Below, piece by piece: positions 61,624 through 64,000 of a stretch of 64,000 nt of DNA (position 1 is its first letter; every line of letters starts with the position of its first letter). Source of the DNA: a virus; the IMG/VR virus record IMGVR_UViG_3300044726_000156. The stretch is one strand, 5' to 3'. The notes below the pieces were generated by a model. It was given only the letters and a program-made list of their open reading frames with translations. It was not told the origin of the DNA and made no database searches. Position numbers and translations under genes: made by a program.

Positions 61624-62213
61624 TTGATCACATCCTCTTTCTGCCGCGCGAGCGTGGCCAAGTCGTCAGCCAGGACGATCCTGCGGTGTTCGAACCGCAG
61701 CGACAACCGACGGCCCGCTCCGAACGGAACGGTGATGCGCCTGACGATCTTCCAGCGACTGAAGAAGGTGCGTTCGAACGTCCCGTTGAGTTCGAAGCCG
61801 ATGCCCATCGTTCCGATGAACGAGATGTAGCTGTTGACCTCGCCCAGTCCGAGGAACGCTGATTCGGAAAGGCCCCCCAGCGTATAAGCCAGTGTCGCCT
61901 CGAGTTCACCTTCGACGCCGACCTCGCTGTGGCCGCCCATCGTGAACACGTAATTGACGAAAACATGGGTCGGCAGCTGGACGGCGGAAGCGCCCTTGAT
62001 CGAGTGGACGTAAGTGAGCTTGGTGATATGCGACGGCAGCGTGATGTCTGAGCGCATGAACCCCAGATTGCGAACCTGGGTGGCCTTGAGAAGACCGGAA
62101 AAAGAGACGCCAGCCGTGCCGCTGATCTCCGTGGAGAACTGGTCAGCGCCGTCGACCGGATAGTAGTTGATCTCGCGGTCATTGATCGATCCTCGGATCG
62201 GCGCCAGCGCCAC
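61620..62213 (-). CDS. Hypothetical virion protein (197 aa)
   Basis: Packed in the tail operon; begins ALAPI.G.IN...IN. Confidence 0.65.
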   Translation of the reverse strand: MALAPIRGSINDREINYYPVDGADQFSTEISGTAGVSFSGLLKATQVRNLGFMRSDITLPSHITKLTYVHSIKGASAVQLPTHVFVNYVFTMGGHSEVGVEGELEATLAYTLGGLSESAFLGLGEVNSYISFIGTMGIGFELNGTFERTFFSRWKIVRRITVPFGAGRRLSLRFEHRRIVLADDLATLARQKEDVIK

Positions 62214-62630
62214 TTAAATCACCGTGGCCTGCAGCCTGCTCGGGTTGATGACGCATTCGTCGGACGGCGCCAGCGTCTTCGACACATCGAGCGTGCCGTA
62301 GATGTACATCTGCCCGCCGATCAACGCATTCCACAGCGCGAAGTGGGTGATGACCAGCGGTGTCGGCCCGTCCATGATGCCGTATTCCATGCGCAGAGCG
62401 TTGGCGACGAGCTTGTTGGCCGACGGCGTGAAGGCGGTGTCCATGGTGCCACCGGCCGACGGATCGCGCCTGATGTAGCTCGGCCACGCCGACAGCAACA
62501 CCTCGTTGGCGCCGGTGACGGTCGGGTCCGCGGTGTGCAGCGCCACCCACAGGCGGGCGGGTGGCACCGGCACGATGCCGCGCAGATAGCAGTTGAGGAT
62601 CGAGTCGCCGATTGCGGTTGAAGCTGGCAT
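62214..62630 (-). CDS. Conserved tail-associated protein (138 aa)
   Basis: LN..LRG......WVALHTADP...GANEV....Y.R...ITHFALW.A...G.....G.L...K...... Confidence 0.75.
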   Translation of the reverse strand: MPASTAIGDSILNCYLRGIVPVPPARLWVALHTADPTVTGANEVLLSAWPSYIRRDPSAGGTMDTAFTPSANKLVANALRMEYGIMDGPTPLVITHFALWNALIGGQMYIYGTLDVSKTLAPSDECVINPSRLQATVI

Positions 62631-63250
62631 CAGAAGTACGCTCCCGTGGTGCGCAGCCGTGCGCCCGGCTGGCCTTTGGTGTGCTCGACCTTCAGCGATG
62701 CGAGCTTGGATCTGAACTCGGAGTACAGCGCGGCTCCGAGGTTCGGATTGGCGAATGTGCTTGGCAGCATCAGCATCATGCCAGCGGCGCCGCGGCCAAC
62801 CGTGGTGGCGTGCAGGCCGACCAGGACGTCAGGCAGCGTCAGCGCGTTGAGCGACGGCTGCAGCACAAGGCGGATCTGCGCCGTGCCTTTCTCGCGCGGC
62901 CAGAACGACATCAGCCGGGGGTTGGTCTGGGTGATGAAGCGCGACGAGCCGGTGACCGGGTCGCGGTCCCAGCCTGGGTGGCTCTGATCGAGCCAGCCGA
63001 CGGTGACCGGCAGCAGATCGTGGCCGTTGAGCCGGGCGGTCTGGATCTCGACGATCTCGGCGTCGGGCACGGTGACGATCGGTTGCGCGTCGGGGACCAC
63101 CACCTGGACGTCGTGCCAGACGCGCCACAGGCGTGCGCTGTGGCACAGCTCGCGGCACGCCTCGATGATGTAGCGCAACGCCACCGGCTCCGGCGCGCTC
63201 GGCGCGAAGGGCAGGACTTGCGACAGCAGCTCGTCGGTCGCGCGCGGCAT
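62630..63250 (-). CDS. Head-tail adaptor / tail tubular A-like protein
   Basis: V.PFAP..PEP.A...I..A..E.C....LWR...L.L.P......LPD...G....L..P...F.NP.L. Confidence 0.75.
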   Translation of the reverse strand: MPRATDELLSQVLPFAPSAPEPVALRYIIEACRELCHSARLWRVWHDVQVVVPDAQPIVTVPDAEIVEIQTARLNGHDLLPVTVGWLDQSHPGWDRDPVTGSSRFITQTNPRLMSFWPREKGTAQIRLVLQPSLNALTLPDVLVGLHATTVGRGAAGMMLMLPSTFANPNLGAALYSEFRSKLASLKVEHTKGQPGARLRTTGAYF

Positions 63251-64000
63251 CAGCGTTTCGCATTCGGGCTATGCGCCTGCTCGACCTGCACTTTTATGCC
63301 GATCGCAGACGCAAATTGCTGGTAGTGGATGGCCGAACGGCCGGCGGCGCCGTCGATGTCGTCCTTCATCTGGCAGCGGTAGAGAACGTAATCCAAGATC
63401 GGCACCGAATACGGTTCGGGCAGGCCGATCTGCTGGTTGAACGACTGTGGTTGCGTCAGCGTGTAGCCCTGCGGGTTGGGCACCGGCAGCCTGGCCACGA
63501 TCGGCTGCGGCAGCACGCCGACTTCCGCTTCGACATAACCAGTGCCGTCGTTGCCGGGGTAGACATAGTATTCGTAGGGCACCGTCTCGTTGAAGGTGAA
63601 ATTACGGACCTCACGCTTCTGCTGCAGGATCGACTTGTTGTGCCAATTCGGCTCCTGCGCGTCGAGCAGCGCGCGATCGACCGGCTTGATCATGCGACCA
63701 CCGGACGTCACCTGGAGGACGCCGTTGGCGTCCAGCGCGACGGTGACATTGCGCAGCACGTTGAGCAGCGTCAGCGGGTAGGCGCCGGCGGTGAAGGTGC
63801 CGGTCGACGGCGGGTTCAAGCCGTAGGGATTGATGGTCTGACGAGTGCCGGCGGCCAGCTTGAAGATCAGCGTCTTCGAGCTGGACGACGGCTTGGCCAA
63901 CACGATGGCGCGTGTCGCCTCGTTGATCCAGTCACATAGCTCTGCACACGGCCAGCGGGTGAAGCTGGTGTCACTGAGCAGCGTCGCTGCTCGAAGCATG
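63250..64000 (-). CDS. Head-tail adaptor / neck protein (DUF6682-like), probably 5'-truncated by the window edge
   Basis: RA..LL.D....RW...EL..WINEA.RAIVL.KP, LD...P.WH, YYVYP and DY.LYR...KD. Confidence 0.78.
   Translation of the reverse strand, partial: MLRAATLLSDTSFTRWPCAELCDWINEATRAIVLAKPSSSSKTLIFKLAAGTRQTINPYGLNPPSTGTFTAGAYPLTLLNVLRNVTVALDANGVLQVTSGGRMIKPVDRALLDAQEPNWHNKSILQQKREVRNFTFNETVPYEYYVYPGNDGTGYVEAEVGVLPQPIVARLPVPNPQGYTLTQPQSFNQQIGLPEPYSVPILDYVLYRCQMKDDIDGAAGRSAIHYQQFASAIGIKVQVEQAHSPNAKR

Noticed and set aside
1-64000. tRNA, rRNA, introns, inteins, IS elements, integrase
   Set aside because: None recognised by eye; tRNAscan-SE, Infernal and HMM searches were not run, so small RNAs could be missed.

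Overview
This window is most of the genome of a GC-rich tailed dsDNA phage with podovirus-type architecture. It has an N4-gp56-family major capsid, portal, TerS/TerL, two collar-domain tail fibres and a ~3,930-aa PLxRFG-type internal virion polyvalent protein. The host is probably an alphaproteobacterium, inferred from a CTTGAC-N18-CTATAT promoter and the gene content. The two window ends fall in what is normally one contiguous head/neck block, so the window looks like a circularly permuted, nearly complete genome. Layout: late head genes (minus, 1-12.1 kb); an accessory cluster and putative pac region near terS (7-14.7 kb); an early-type small-gene block (minus, 14.8-18.9 kb); an Sm/Hfq-like gene pair, putative ori and primase-helicase (19-22.8 kb); a rightward replication/middle block with DUF932, Cas4-like nuclease, SSB-like protein, PolA, ParB-like protein, HTH-DUF550 fusion, SNF2 helicase and MTase (22.8-38.9 kb); lysis, ejection and tail genes (minus, 39.1-64 kb). 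No integrase, tRNA or CRISPR array was seen. Main candidates: (1) a phage-encoded Csr/Rsm-like translational switch, made of a CsrA-fold gene, a conserved GCGCAGGACGTGC element in RBS-occluding hairpins of three late leaders, tandem CAGGAAA repeats on early/middle RBSs and a GGA-rich structured intergenic RNA; (2) two small genes overprinted inside the giant virion gene, each directly behind an enzymatic domain; (3) an orphan YhhA-like cyclophane-RiPP precursor with no canonical maturase; (4) a repeat-bounded tandem pair of Sm/Hfq-like proteins. All family assignments are from recalled motifs, not database searches.
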